Shown: positions 18,858-29,085 of the stretch, in pieces
How positions within the stretch are numbered: the stretch's first letter is position 1
Layout: the number at the start of each line of letters is the position of its first letter
Origin: Spirochaetaceae bacterium
GTDB lineage: Bacteria; Spirochaetota; Spirochaetia; DSM-27196; SLAA01
NCBI GenBank assembly: GCA_003556605.1
Contig: PWQX01000121.1
Location: 1-58,744 of the forward strand
DNA length: 58,744 bases
Direction of reading: 5' to 3'
Notes under the pieces: generated by a model
The model's database searches: none
What the model saw: the letters and a program-made list of their open reading frames with translations, nothing else
Told to the model about the DNA's origin: nothing
Made by a program: the position numbers and the translations under genes

Positions 18858-19868
18858 ATGAACCGTTTGATGAAGTCTGCCTTTTGTGCCGTTCTCTTGT
18901 GTAGCCGGCTGGCGCTCGGTCCTGGCGCAGTTGAGCTCGCGTTGGGGAACGAGGCCTTTGTCGACGTCGCCGGAGGGGCGGTAAGTCTGCGGGCACCGGA
19001 CGAGACTGAGGTGGAGCTTGTCTCGGAAACCGTCCGAATCTATCTCTCGGCGCAAGAGTATGTTGTCGACGCTTCGTTCGTCTTTCGAAACCCCGGTCGT
19101 GAAGAGCGCCTACAGGTGGGCTTCCCCCGCTACGACTACGGAACACCTGAAATTGCGCAGTTTCGAGACTTCCGCACCTGGGTGAACGACCTCCCCGTAA
19201 AGGCAACCGAGATAGCGGCAGCCCCGGGCGGACCCGCCGGGGTGCGATCATGGTATGTCAAAGCGGTTCGCTTCCCGGAGCAAGAGCTTACTACTACGCG
19301 CGTGCGGTACCGGTCGGGGTACGGTCGTGATCGGTTGCTTAGAACTGTAGAGTACCTGTACGGCACCGGTCGGACGTGGAGCGGGCCGATAGGGCACTTG
19401 AGAGTGCAGGTGTTCAACAGCGGTGCGCTGTGGGTAGACTCGTTTCAGTTCGCCGAGCCGCTGCCGGTGGCATTCTTCTCGCTCGAGGCTAACGACTTCG
19501 AGCTGATCGCTGCGGACGTAGAACCCCGAAACGATGATGTCTTTCGACTCGCCATGGAGCGGGTACCCTGGTGGCTGAGCGACGGACCGTCGACGCCCGA
19601 GAAGGACTGGATCTTCGATCGCACCGAGGTAAAACCCGAGAGCCTGCGTCTGTTAACTTTGTCGCAATTGCGTATCTTTCGTAACACCTTCTACGCCCGG
19701 CGTGGATTCGACTTCTGCGAGGGTGAGCTCGGCAAGTTTTTTCGCCGGTTTCGATGGTATAAGCCCTACACAACCGTCGCCGAAGGCCTCCTGACGCCGA
19801 TAGAGGAAGAAAACGTCCGCCGCATCGTCGCTGAAGAAGAACGCCGCCGAACGTTCATCTTTCGGTAG
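18858..19868 (+). CDS. Secreted YARHG-domain protein
   Basis: N-terminal signal-like hydrophobic segment (LMKSAFCAVLLCSRLALG). C-terminal YARHG-type motif (LRIFRNTFYARRGFDF...FRWYKP). Confidence 0.75.
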   Translation: MNRLMKSAFCAVLLCSRLALGPGAVELALGNEAFVDVAGGAVSLRAPDETEVELVSETVRIYLSAQEYVVDASFVFRNPGREERLQVGFPRYDYGTPEIAQFRDFRTWVNDLPVKATEIAAAPGGPAGVRSWYVKAVRFPEQELTTTRVRYRSGYGRDRLLRTVEYLYGTGRTWSGPIGHLRVQVFNSGALWVDSFQFAEPLPVAFFSLEANDFELIAADVEPRNDDVFRLAMERVPWWLSDGPSTPEKDWIFDRTEVKPESLRLLTLSQLRIFRNTFYARRGFDFCEGELGKFFRRFRWYKPYTTVAEGLLTPIEEENVRRIVAEEERRRTFIFR

Positions 19869-20200
19869 TCATTGGCGTTACCGGTCGTGGCGGGCTAGGG
19901 CCAGCGGATCAGGAGCGATCATCAAGTGCCCTGCTCCGATAGGCCGATACTTCGCAGCGCGCTCAATAGTCCCATCACTATTCCGGTTTGGAAGTACCCG
20001 GTGTCGAGTGTTCCTTTCCGGTGTGGCTGAGCTGCGGTTTTGATTGACGGGTTCCATTCTTCTGCCGGACGTGTTTCCGGTAGATCCTTACGACGAGATT
20101 CAGCATTCGCAGTTTTCAGTGCTATCATGCCTACGGAGCACAGGCTGCGGTGTTTGGGGCTGCGCTTCGGGCTGCAAAAACCAAGCAAGAGGCCGCGATA

Positions 20201-20718
20201 TGGCGGGTAATGTATATTTTGCGGGTATGATCGGCTCGGGAAAGACAACCTTGGGCAGACGGGTATCGGAGCTGTTGGGCCGCGGGTTCGTCGATCTTGA
20301 TGAAGAGATGGATACACGTCTCGGGTATTCGTTTCACAAGCTTGTGAAGGAGCAGGGTTGGCTTGCGTTCCGCGAGCTCGAGTACGTAATCTGCAAGGAA
20401 TTCGCGCGGCTCCGCAGCGCGATTGTGTGTTTGGGCGGAGGCACGGTGCGCTACGAGTGGAACCTTGATGCGCTCGCCGAATCCGGTCACGTCATCTTGC
20501 TCGAAGTCTCGCTCGATGAGCTGGTTCGCAGGGTGACGGCCGCTGAGCGGCCGCGCGTGAATCCGGGAACCGATCTGGCCGGCGATGTTCGCATGATCTG
20601 GAGCACGCACAAGGACAAGTATTACCGGGCGGCGGACCTCGTGTACCGCGCGGAAGGCAAGCGCGTGGAGGAGGAAACGGTGGAGCTCGCCTGCCTCATC
20701 AGTGAACGCGGCTGGTAG
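20201..20718 (+). CDS. aroK: Shikimate kinase
   Basis: P-loop GMIGSGKTTLGRRVSE, followed by FVDLDEEM and the GGG lid region. Start set at MAGNVYFAG. Confidence 0.85.
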
Positions 20719-20788
20719 CGCATCCTCTGCTTGACAGCTGCATCAGGCCCGCCATAGAGTGCTCGGGTGCAGTTTGGAGGTGTTGTTC

Positions 20789-21733
20789 ATGACGAAAATT
20801 GAGCGGGTCGATGCGGCACTCGCCGGCGAGGAGTTTGACCGCCCGCCGCTTTCATTCTGGTACCACTTCGGTCTTCAGCACCAGTGCGGGGAGCGTCACG
20901 CAGAGGCCAGCCTGAGCTTTTTCGAGTATTACGACCTTGACTTTCTTAAAGTCATGAACGACTACTATCATCCCATGCCTGCCGGGGTGGCTGAGGTGAA
21001 CTCACCTGAAAGTCTCAAACGAATCGAACGCTTCGAGGTTGAGAAGAGCGACTGGAACGAGCAGCTCAAGGCCCTGCGGGTTATCGCCAAGACGCTTGAG
21101 AACAAGGCGTACTTCATCGACACGGTTTTTGATCCCTGGCAGACGCTGCAACGCAACCTCGCAGGCGAGCATCTTTTCCGTTTGGTGCAGGAAGCACCGG
21201 ATGCGGTGCACGGTGCCCTAGAAGTGGTCACCGAGAATCTTATCGCATACTGTGAGAAAGCCCTCGCGTGTGGAGCGGCCGGGATCTTCATTTCCACCCT
21301 TGGAAGCAAAGATCAGCTTGATCGGGAGGTCTTCACCGGGTTCGCCAAGCCGTATGTAGAAAAGATTCTGCGTGAGGTTCACGACAAGGCGATTATGAAT
21401 ACCGCGCACATTCACGATACCAGCATCTTTGTGGATGATGTGGTTGATCTGCCGGTGCAGCTCATCAGCTACGAAGACCGGCACCCTACAAATCCGTCGA
21501 TTGACCAAATGAAGCGGCGCTTTCCCGGTGCGATTATGGGCGGACTCGATAAGAATCTGATCACACGTGTGACACCGGCGGCCGCTGTGAAGAACGCTGA
21601 AGAGGGCATCCGTTCAGGGGGAGCGACGCGCTTTCTGCTCGCTCCCGGGTGCAGCTTTCCCGCATGGCTGTTTCCGCAGTCCGCCAAGAGGATGGTGGAA
21701 GCAGTGAAAGCGCATGGGCGGCTGGTTGAATAG
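20789..21733 (+). CDS. Uroporphyrinogen-decarboxylase-family protein (MtaA/CmuA-like fold)
   Basis: About 315 aa with URO-D-like layout. GGAGGTG lies 8 nt upstream of ATG 20789. Specific function unknown. Confidence 0.65.
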   Translation: MTKIERVDAALAGEEFDRPPLSFWYHFGLQHQCGERHAEASLSFFEYYDLDFLKVMNDYYHPMPAGVAEVNSPESLKRIERFEVEKSDWNEQLKALRVIAKTLENKAYFIDTVFDPWQTLQRNLAGEHLFRLVQEAPDAVHGALEVVTENLIAYCEKALACGAAGIFISTLGSKDQLDREVFTGFAKPYVEKILREVHDKAIMNTAHIHDTSIFVDDVVDLPVQLISYEDRHPTNPSIDQMKRRFPGAIMGGLDKNLITRVTPAAAVKNAEEGIRSGGATRFLLAPGCSFPAWLFPQSAKRMVEAVKAHGRLVE

Positions 21734-21849
21734 GGCCGTGCGACGGCACCCGCTTCTAGGGGGGTGGATAATCTGGTGATAGAACAGGCAGCGAGGATTA
21801 CTCGGGAAGCATGCGTATGAAGCCAACCGGAGAGCGGATTACGGTAGAC

Positions 21850-22512
21850 TCAGAGTCCAAGTAGCGCCTGCAGCTCGTCGGCGGTGTCGACGATTGCGGC
21901 GGGAGCCGCCGATTCGAGCGTTGTGCGGTCATGGTTGCCCCAGGCGACCGCGCAGGTCGCAGCGCCGGCGGCGTGACCCATGCGGATGTCGAAGGTCGTG
22001 TCTCCGATCATCAGAAGCTCCGCACAGCGAATATGCAGGCGAGCGGCAATAGCCTGCAGCATTGCGGGACTGGGCTTCGGCTCCGGCGAGTCCTCCTGAC
22101 CGGCAATGAGCTTGAAGCAGTGCGTGAGATCCAAGTACTCGATCATATCGTCGAGCGATTCGTGGCTGCGGCTGGAGGCAACGGCAAGTGTGAAACCGTG
22201 GTCGCGGAAACGGCGAATTAGCTCGCGCATCCCGGGAAACGTGCTGAGTCCTTTGAATCCGGCGGCTCGAAAAACCTCGCGATACGTCTCCAGCGCCTTC
22301 TCGATATCCAACGCCGCAATGCCGGTCAGACTGCGGAACGCGGCATCGAGCGGTATGCCGATAGTGCGGGCGATTTGTTCCGGCTGCGGAGCCGGCACAC
22401 CTAAGCGCCGAAAAGTCTCCCGGTACGAGGCGATGATCAGAGACTGCGTATCGGCGATTGTTCCGTCAAAGTCAAATACCAGTGCGGCCGGTATCGGGTT
22501 CAGCGGCGTCAT
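21850..22512 (-). CDS. HAD-superfamily hydrolase (phosphoglycolate-phosphatase-like)
   Basis: Motif I FDFDGTIADT, motif II ASS, motif IV GDTTFD. Start set at MTPLNPIP. Confidence 0.8.
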   Translation of the reverse strand: MTPLNPIPAALVFDFDGTIADTQSLIIASYRETFRRLGVPAPQPEQIARTIGIPLDAAFRSLTGIAALDIEKALETYREVFRAAGFKGLSTFPGMRELIRRFRDHGFTLAVASSRSHESLDDMIEYLDLTHCFKLIAGQEDSPEPKPSPAMLQAIAARLHIRCAELLMIGDTTFDIRMGHAAGAATCAVAWGNHDRTTLESAAPAAIVDTADELQALLGL

Positions 22513-22574
22513 GTCGGATAAGCGCTTCTTGGAAGCAGTACGCCACGGCACTGCCGTGGCGCGCTGCGGCAGTG

Positions 22575-24047
22575 TTATACCTGGTACGTTGAGGCCGAAG
22601 TCTTACCGCCGGTACCGGTCCAGTTGGTGTGAAAAAACTCACCACGCGGTTTGTTGATCCGCTCGTAAGTGTGGGCGCCGAAGTAGTCGCGCTGAGCTTG
22701 GAGCAGGTTCGCCGGCAGACGTTCCGACCGGTAGCCGTCGAAGAACGTGAGTGCGGTCGCGAACGCTGGAACAGGGATGCCCATCGTCACAGATTGCGCG
22801 ACGACGCGCCGCCAGGAATCTTGGCATCGCCCGGTCACCTCGCGAAAGTAGTCGTCAAGGAGAAGGTTTGTCAGGCTTGGGTTCTTATCGAACGCGGCCT
22901 TGATCTTGCCGAGGAAGACGCTGCGGATGATGCATCCGCCCCGCCACATCAAAGCGATGCCGCCGAAGTTCAGGTGCCACCCCATCTCTTGAGCAGCCTC
23001 ACGCATCAGCATGTACCCCTGCGCGTACGATACGATCTTCGACGCCAGGAGCGCTCGGCGTATGTCCTCGACAAAAGCGGTCTTGTCGCCGGAGAAAGCG
23101 GCTTTCGGTCCTGTAAGAAGCTTAGATGCCTGCACGCGCTCGTCCTTCATCGCCGAGAGGCACCGCGAGAAAACCGCCTCTCCGATCAACGTGACCGGGA
23201 CTCCGAGATCGAGAGCACTGATGCCCGTCCACTTGCCGGTACCTTTTTGGCCTGCGGTGTCGAGGATGTTCTCCACCAATGGAGTGCCGTCTTCGTCCTT
23301 GAACTGTAGGATATCGCGCGTGATCTCGATGAGGTAGCTGTCGAGCTCGCCGGTGTTCCATTCCGCAAACACGTGGTGCATTTCGTCCGGGGTCATCCCC
23401 AGCCCATCCTTCATGAGCTGATACGCCTCACAGATCAATTGCATGTCGCCATACTCAATTCCATTGTGCACCATCTTGATGTAATGCCCCGCGCCTTCCT
23501 CTCCAACCCAGTCGCAGCACGCGTCTCCGTCCGGAGTCTTGGCTGCGATGGCCTGGAAAATATCCTTAACAAGCGGCCAGGCCTTAGGGTTGCCACCGGG
23601 CATAATCGACGGCCCTCTGCGCGCTCCTTCCTCTCCACCGGACACGCCGGTGCCGATGTACAAGATGCCCTTCTCGGCAAGGTGTTTGGTTCGGCGAGTG
23701 GTGTCGGGAAAGTGCGAGTTTCCCCCGTCGATGATAAGGTCGCCTTGTTCAAGATGAGGCAAGACCAGATCAATGAATTGGTCGACGACGTTACCGGCTT
23801 TCACCATCAGCATGACTTTTCTCGGCCGTTTCAGGAGAGCGATGAACTCTTCGATGCTGTGTCCCCCGAGCACGTTCTCGTATCCCTTCGCAGCGTCGTT
23901 CAGGAAATCATCCACCTTCGAGACCGTACGGTTGAAGACCGCTACCGTGAAGCCGTTGTCCGCCATGTTGAGGACTAAGTTCTGTCCCATGACTGCGAGC
24001 CCAATGAGCCCGATGTCGGCGGTTTGGTTCTTGTCCGATTGTTCCAT
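22575..24047 (-). CDS. gnd: 6-phosphogluconate dehydrogenase, decarboxylating
   Basis: IGLIGLAVMGQNL Rossmann motif, GGNSHF, GAGHYIKMVHNGIEYGDMQLI, RDYFGAHTYER. 490 aa. Confidence 0.95.
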   Translation of the reverse strand: MEQSDKNQTADIGLIGLAVMGQNLVLNMADNGFTVAVFNRTVSKVDDFLNDAAKGYENVLGGHSIEEFIALLKRPRKVMLMVKAGNVVDQFIDLVLPHLEQGDLIIDGGNSHFPDTTRRTKHLAEKGILYIGTGVSGGEEGARRGPSIMPGGNPKAWPLVKDIFQAIAAKTPDGDACCDWVGEEGAGHYIKMVHNGIEYGDMQLICEAYQLMKDGLGMTPDEMHHVFAEWNTGELDSYLIEITRDILQFKDEDGTPLVENILDTAGQKGTGKWTGISALDLGVPVTLIGEAVFSRCLSAMKDERVQASKLLTGPKAAFSGDKTAFVEDIRRALLASKIVSYAQGYMLMREAAQEMGWHLNFGGIALMWRGGCIIRSVFLGKIKAAFDKNPSLTNLLLDDYFREVTGRCQDSWRRVVAQSVTMGIPVPAFATALTFFDGYRSERLPANLLQAQRDYFGAHTYERINKPRGEFFHTNWTGTGGKTSASTYQV

Positions 24048-24056
24048 TCTATCCTC

Positions 24057-25331
24057 CTATGCGTTGAACCGGTCGGTGTGTGCCCACAAACCAACCGCAG
24101 GATTTGAAACGAAGTAAATCTCCTCCCCGTCGGGAAGGGTGTTGTATCCGTCCGTCAGCCGGGCCGGGTCGTATCGCTTGGTTGCTTCATTGAGCGTTTC
24201 ATGTCGGAAGCCGACGCCCTCCACCTCTTCTCGGGTCAGGTGACCGGGACAGTACGTGACCGAGAAGCGCCCTTCCGAACTTCCGTGGATAAGATGCGCG
24301 GCGGCTGAGAGGTTAGCCCTCAGATCATCCTTTGCCTCGACCAGGGCGAGGACCCGTTCGCTTCCTACGTATCCGTATCGGCGGATCAACGCGTCGATCT
24401 CTGTGTCCTCACCGAAGTCCTTTACGCCCGGTGCGAGCACGACGAGCTCGCCCCCGTCGGCAATCGCCATGCGCGTTCGGAATATGCTCTTGTTGCCCAC
24501 CCACGTGCTGCGGAACTCCTGAGGATCCAAGTACACGACGACTTTTGTGAGCGGTCGATCGACCATCGTGAAGTTTACCTGAAGCGAGAGCTCCGCAGCC
24601 TTCAGGAAGCACTCTTCGTCGTCCCCAATGTACAGTCCTTTCACTGCAAGCGTGCCGTCTTGTTCAAGGGCGACGACAGTATGCACAAACACCAGCGGCA
24701 GATGGGTGGCGAACTCGCGGTGCGCGTAGTTCAGGACCTGCCGCACCGGATTATTCGCGCGGCCCATTATCCGCTCCATTCCATAAACCGCACCTAGGTA
24801 ATGGCTCTTGTCGATGGCTTCGGTTCCGCCGGTACCGACGAACACGTTCTTGTTGTAGTTTGCCATTCCGATTACTTCGTGCGGGACAACTTGGCCAACC
24901 GACAGGATAAGGTCGTGTCCGCCCTCTGCGACGAGCTTGTTTACCTGTGCCGGCCATCTAAACGAGAGTCTTCCTTCCGAGACTCTTTGAATGAAAGACG
25001 ACGGAACTTCACCGAGCGTTGTCATCTCGGACCGAAATCTATGCACCCGGAAGAGATCCGCGGGAATTGAACCAAACATCTCGACCCGTTCGGTGTCGCT
25101 CAGTGCAGCGTGCGTTCCAATCGCCGGCAATACATCCGTCAGTGAGCTTCCGAAGTGATCGTAAACGTATTGTGTCAGAAGTCCTGCTCGGCTATGCGCG
25201 CGCGTGATATCCGGCGGGAGCGCCAATACCTTCTCACGCGGACCGATCTTCGCGAGAGCTTCGTGCAGCCCTTCACATAATTCTTGATCCGTAATCCGAG
25301 TTGTGGCCGATCCGCCGCTATAATACAACAT
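24057..25331 (-). CDS. LarA-like (lactate racemase / DUF2088 domain) protein, possible 2-hydroxyacid epimerase
   Basis: 424 aa. Resemblance by eye to the LarA layout (PPDITRAHS vs LarA SSDHTRPVP; VGQVVPHEVIGMANYNKNVFVGTGG...KSH vs the LarA GFIESHFFAGFSGGRK region). Not verified by search. Confidence 0.5.
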   Translation of the reverse strand: MLYYSGGSATTRITDQELCEGLHEALAKIGPREKVLALPPDITRAHSRAGLLTQYVYDHFGSSLTDVLPAIGTHAALSDTERVEMFGSIPADLFRVHRFRSEMTTLGEVPSSFIQRVSEGRLSFRWPAQVNKLVAEGGHDLILSVGQVVPHEVIGMANYNKNVFVGTGGTEAIDKSHYLGAVYGMERIMGRANNPVRQVLNYAHREFATHLPLVFVHTVVALEQDGTLAVKGLYIGDDEECFLKAAELSLQVNFTMVDRPLTKVVVYLDPQEFRSTWVGNKSIFRTRMAIADGGELVVLAPGVKDFGEDTEIDALIRRYGYVGSERVLALVEAKDDLRANLSAAAHLIHGSSEGRFSVTYCPGHLTREEVEGVGFRHETLNEATKRYDPARLTDGYNTLPDGEEIYFVSNPAVGLWAHTDRFNA

Positions 25332-26155
25332 GATCCTATTCCCCGTAGGCCGGTTTTTCAGGCACTCATGGCCCGAACTGCTTATGGAGACCTCTGTGTA
25401 TCCCCGCCCTCAAAGCCGGATTGCTGGGCTTCGTTCTAGCGCGGATCTGCTTTCTTGCGCGATTTCAATCCGGCGGCTGTGAACCCTTGCGTGACCGTTC
25501 CCAGCCCCCGGTCCGGGAGCTTCATGGCCCGCACGACCGCAGGAATACGGATTACAGCCGTCGCGATCAACGCGTAAAAGCGCCGGTGCCGGGCTTCATG
25601 TCTCAAAGCCTCTGCGCGGGGTTGCTCGCGGAAACCCTCTTTGCTCTTGTTACGGATAATAAACGGTACCGAAACGAGTACCATACAACACTCGCGGTGT
25701 CAAGCCAACGGGGCGTGCCGGGATATACGCAGGCGGCCACCGATGGGCCCGTCGCGCCCGCTCAGGCCCATTTGGGGATTTGTGCCGGCATGGACTGTTC
25801 GTTGACAAATCACGTCTTGCGTATTAGTGTGAAACTCAAAAGAAAACGAAGAATATGTCGCATAATCCCCGCTATGACGACATCTTGAAGCCGCTTTTTA
25901 TAACTGCGCGCCGTTGTGCTCGGCGGCACAGCCGCAGGCACCAGTGCGGGTGCGCATAGCGTGATTGAGGAAGCGATATAGCGCTGCGAGATCGGCGCTG
26001 CGCTTGCATTCTCCGTCACGGGCGACTTCGCCGGGTACGGACGCTAAGCTAAGTTTGAGAAGGGGGAAACCGATTGTGAAAGGCGGGCTACCGCCGTTCA
26101 TACGGTTCAAAGAGAATTTCGTCCGGTCGTGATTCCGGACACCAAGGAGAAAGGA

Positions 26156-26971
26156 ATGGATTACTTACACGAGATGTTCTCGCTCGAAGGCAAGACGGTT
26201 GCGATCACCGGAGGCGGCGGCGTGATTGCCGGAACTATGTCGGAGGCGTTTTTGAAAGCCGGGGCGAAGGTATCGCTCTGGGATATCAAGATGGAGTTTG
26301 CCGAGACGGCCAAGGAACGGCTCAACGCCGAGACCGGCGCCGGTGATCGCGTACAGGCGCTCGAGGTCGACACTACCTCGGAGGACTCGGTACGGACTGC
26401 ACTCGCGAGCTGCGCTTCGGAGCTCGGCGGGCTTGATGTGTTGGTGAACGGCGCCGGCGGCAACCGTGGCAAAGCGGCCTTTGTCGATGTTGATGTCGAG
26501 CTGTTCGAGGAGATCCTGAGACTGAATCTTATCGCTGGGCTCCTTGTCCCCACCAAAGTGATAGCGGCGTACTGGAAGGAGAAATCCGTAGGCGGCGCAA
26601 TAATTAACATGGCGTCGATGGCGTCATACGTCCCCCTCTCCGGGGTCTGGGCGTATGATGCGGCAAAGGCTGCGGTCATGAACCTCACGATGGCGACTGC
26701 CAAGGAGTTTGCGCCCGACCACATCCGCGTGAACGCTATTGCTCCGGGGTTCTTCATCGGCAAGCAGAACAGGGCGCTCTTGATCGACGAGGCGACCGGC
26801 GAGCTCACACAACGTGGTCAGGATGTGATCGCGCACACTCCGGCTGGTAGGTTCGGGGAGGCGTCCGAGCTCGCCGGCGTATCGCTGTTCCTCGCTTCCG
26901 AAAAGGCCGCGGGCTTTGTGACCGGTGTTACCATACCGGTCGACGGTGGCTATTTGGTCCACAACATATAG
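26156..26971 (+). CDS. SDR-family oxidoreductase (UxuB/gluconate-dehydrogenase-like)
   Basis: ITGGGGVIAG cofactor motif, NGAGG, and catalytic S...YxxxK (YDAAKAA). AAGGAG RBS before ATG 26156. Confidence 0.85.
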   Translation: MDYLHEMFSLEGKTVAITGGGGVIAGTMSEAFLKAGAKVSLWDIKMEFAETAKERLNAETGAGDRVQALEVDTTSEDSVRTALASCASELGGLDVLVNGAGGNRGKAAFVDVDVELFEEILRLNLIAGLLVPTKVIAAYWKEKSVGGAIINMASMASYVPLSGVWAYDAAKAAVMNLTMATAKEFAPDHIRVNAIAPGFFIGKQNRALLIDEATGELTQRGQDVIAHTPAGRFGEASELAGVSLFLASEKAAGFVTGVTIPVDGGYLVHNI

Positions 26972-27147
26972 GCAGAATAATGTAGGCGGAAAATGCACCC
27001 GGCATCGGCTGGCCGTCGATGAGATTGTACCAGCCGTACCGGGAGTCGTCGTCTCTGGGGCCTGTTCGCCGGCGTTTTGCGCAATGCTGCTGATCTTACG
27101 AATGGTGTGACTCCCCGTAATGGCCGTTTCGGCTGTATATTTGGAAC

Positions 27148-27657
27148 ATGGGTGCGGTATCGTACGAAGTACCGTCGCCGAGTGACGCCGAGGAGTTATT
27201 GACGTTTTTCTCGGCTTTGAAGGATGAGCACCCGTACCTCCATATTTACCCCGATGACGCGCTGCAGTCGGTAGGAGACCTTGGGCACTACATCCGGCGC
27301 ATGAACGCAGCCGAGGGCTCGCACATTCTCCTGGCCAAGGACGATCAGCGCATCGTGGGCTGCGTGACGGTCGAAGCACTGACGCTTGAAGGGTTCCAGG
27401 GCGCCGGAGAGCTCGGTATCTCGGTGCTGAAAGGCTATCGCGATCGCGGAATCGGGTCCCGACTCATGCGAGAGATGCTGGCGTGGGCGACCGGTAATAC
27501 CCACACAACCGAGATCATTCTCCATGTTGACGGCGAGAATCACCGTGCGGTCCATATTTATACCGGACTCGGGTTTCAGGTCGAGGACTGTGGTGAAGGC
27601 GAATACTATCGGCGCGATAGTCCGGCCGGCACGTTATGCATGCGCCTGAGTGTCTAA
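27148..27657 (+). CDS. GNAT-family N-acetyltransferase
   Basis: 169 aa. Acetyl-CoA motif A, YRDRGIGSRLMREML. Confidence 0.8.
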   Translation: MGAVSYEVPSPSDAEELLTFFSALKDEHPYLHIYPDDALQSVGDLGHYIRRMNAAEGSHILLAKDDQRIVGCVTVEALTLEGFQGAGELGISVLKGYRDRGIGSRLMREMLAWATGNTHTTEIILHVDGENHRAVHIYTGLGFQVEDCGEGEYYRRDSPAGTLCMRLSV

Positions 27658-27695
27658 GCCGGTTACGATCGGCAGCGTTCGGCAGTCCGCGGTGA

Positions 27696-28127
27696 AAGGG
27701 ACGGGAACGGTCCGGTACCGCTACCGCAAGTCGGCCGGTCTACGTGCTGCGTGGGCTGCACGTCGGCCCCGAAGGCGCCGAGCTTCTTGTAGGAGATTAC
27801 GATGCGTATCTGGAGTCGACGCGCACAGCGGCCGAGGCCGGTAACGGAGTGCAGCGTCCGGCTGCATATGGGCGAGCGGCTAAGAAGGCGGTAAGCCGCG
27901 AGAAAAAGCAAGGATTGTCGTTCCGCGAACAACGTGAGTACGAAAACTCGCCCGACGGGATTGGGCTCAAGGAAGCCGCGCTGCGGCGGCTTGAAGAGCA
28001 GTTCCAACAGCCCGCCCGGGACCCCCGCGTTTTGGAAACGCGTGCTCGGCGCTACCATGCTTTGCGCGAAGAAGTAGAACACAAAACCGCACGCTGGGAA
28101 GAGCTCGCCGAACGCGCCGCAGAGTAA
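27696..28127 (+). pseudogene. 3' remnant of an ABC-F (Uup/YheS-type) ATPase gene
   Basis: The frame opens right after an in-frame TGA at 27693. It encodes only the extreme C-terminus of ABC-F proteins (LLVGDYDAYLE...KKQGLSFREQREYE...coiled-coil tail). No Walker or signature motifs occur upstream, where the GNAT gene sits instead. Confidence 0.6.
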
Positions 28128-28246
28128 TGAAATAGACCACCACACCGGATATGCCGACACCGGTGCAGCACGACGCGGATAGGGTGAATTGCTTCCAAGC
28201 GAGCCTTGTGCCCGATGCCGACATTGGCTCAAATCTTCCGTTTCGG

Positions 28247-29050
28247 CTATGCACGGGAGCTCAGGGCAACCGTGATGGCCTCGGCGACGGCGCCATGTGC
28301 GTTGTCGGCGGAGGTCACGACATCGGCGGCGGCACGAACTTCGGGGTCCGCGTTCGCCGGCGCGACGCCTGTACCGGCGAGCCGCAGCATCTCAAGATCA
28401 TTGAGATTGTCTCCAATCGCCATGACCTGTTCGAGCTCTATCGCGAGGGTGTTGCATAACGCCCGTAAGGCGGCGGCCTTGTCCACGCCGGGGGGCAACA
28501 CTTCCACGTAATCGGGTTCCGAACGAGCGACAGCGGCGCGAGAGCCCAGTGTCTCGGTCAGCGCTTGCAGCAATACCGGCACTTCCTCTATATGTCCCAC
28601 GAACAGTATCTTCGTAGGTGCAAAGCTCAACTGTGCTTCTAAAGAGCCTACTGCGACACAAGCCACTCCGTCTTTGCGCTCCTGACGCTTGACTCGGGCG
28701 TCAATGCGCTCCACTAAGATCCGGTCTTCTTGGTAGAGAAACGCGGTAAACTCGCGATGACCGGCGATCTCAAGTGCTGCAGCAGCCGCTGCCTTTTCCA
28801 GCGTGCGGTTGTATAGCGCTTGTCCGCTCGGGTCTACAATCCGGCTGCCGTTGTACACGATGTACGGCGTTCGGATCCGCAACTCATCGACAAACGGTTG
28901 TGCCGATTGCGGCATGCGCCCGGTTGCAAGCGTGAAGCGCCCTCCTGTGCGTTCGAACTTCGTGATCGCACGCTTGTTCAGCGCAGGTATGTGTTGATCA
29001 GCGTCGACAAGCGTACCGTCTACGTCAGAAACAATAAGTTGGTATCTCAC
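28247..29050 (-). CDS. Cof-type HAD-IIB phosphatase
   Basis: Motif I LIVSDVDGTLVD, TLATGR, and C-terminal GDNLNDLEML. 267 aa. Confidence 0.85.
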   Translation of the reverse strand: MRYQLIVSDVDGTLVDADQHIPALNKRAITKFERTGGRFTLATGRMPQSAQPFVDELRIRTPYIVYNGSRIVDPSGQALYNRTLEKAAAAAALEIAGHREFTAFLYQEDRILVERIDARVKRQERKDGVACVAVGSLEAQLSFAPTKILFVGHIEEVPVLLQALTETLGSRAAVARSEPDYVEVLPPGVDKAAALRALCNTLAIELEQVMAIGDNLNDLEMLRLAGTGVAPANADPEVRAAADVVTSADNAHGAVAEAITVALSSRA

Positions 29051-29085
29051 GATTCGAATTGTCCTTTCTCACCGGCGATGAGCGC

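Noticed and set aside
25421-26110. ORFs of 69-155 aa in the larA-like/SDR intergenic region.
   Set aside because: Low-complexity Arg/Pro/Cys-rich translations on both strands that overlap each other, with no RBS or motifs.
27663-28232. 189-aa minus-strand ORF across the ABC-F remnant.
   Set aside because: It is antisense to a frame with a clear ABC-F C-terminal signature, and its own translation has no recognisable features.
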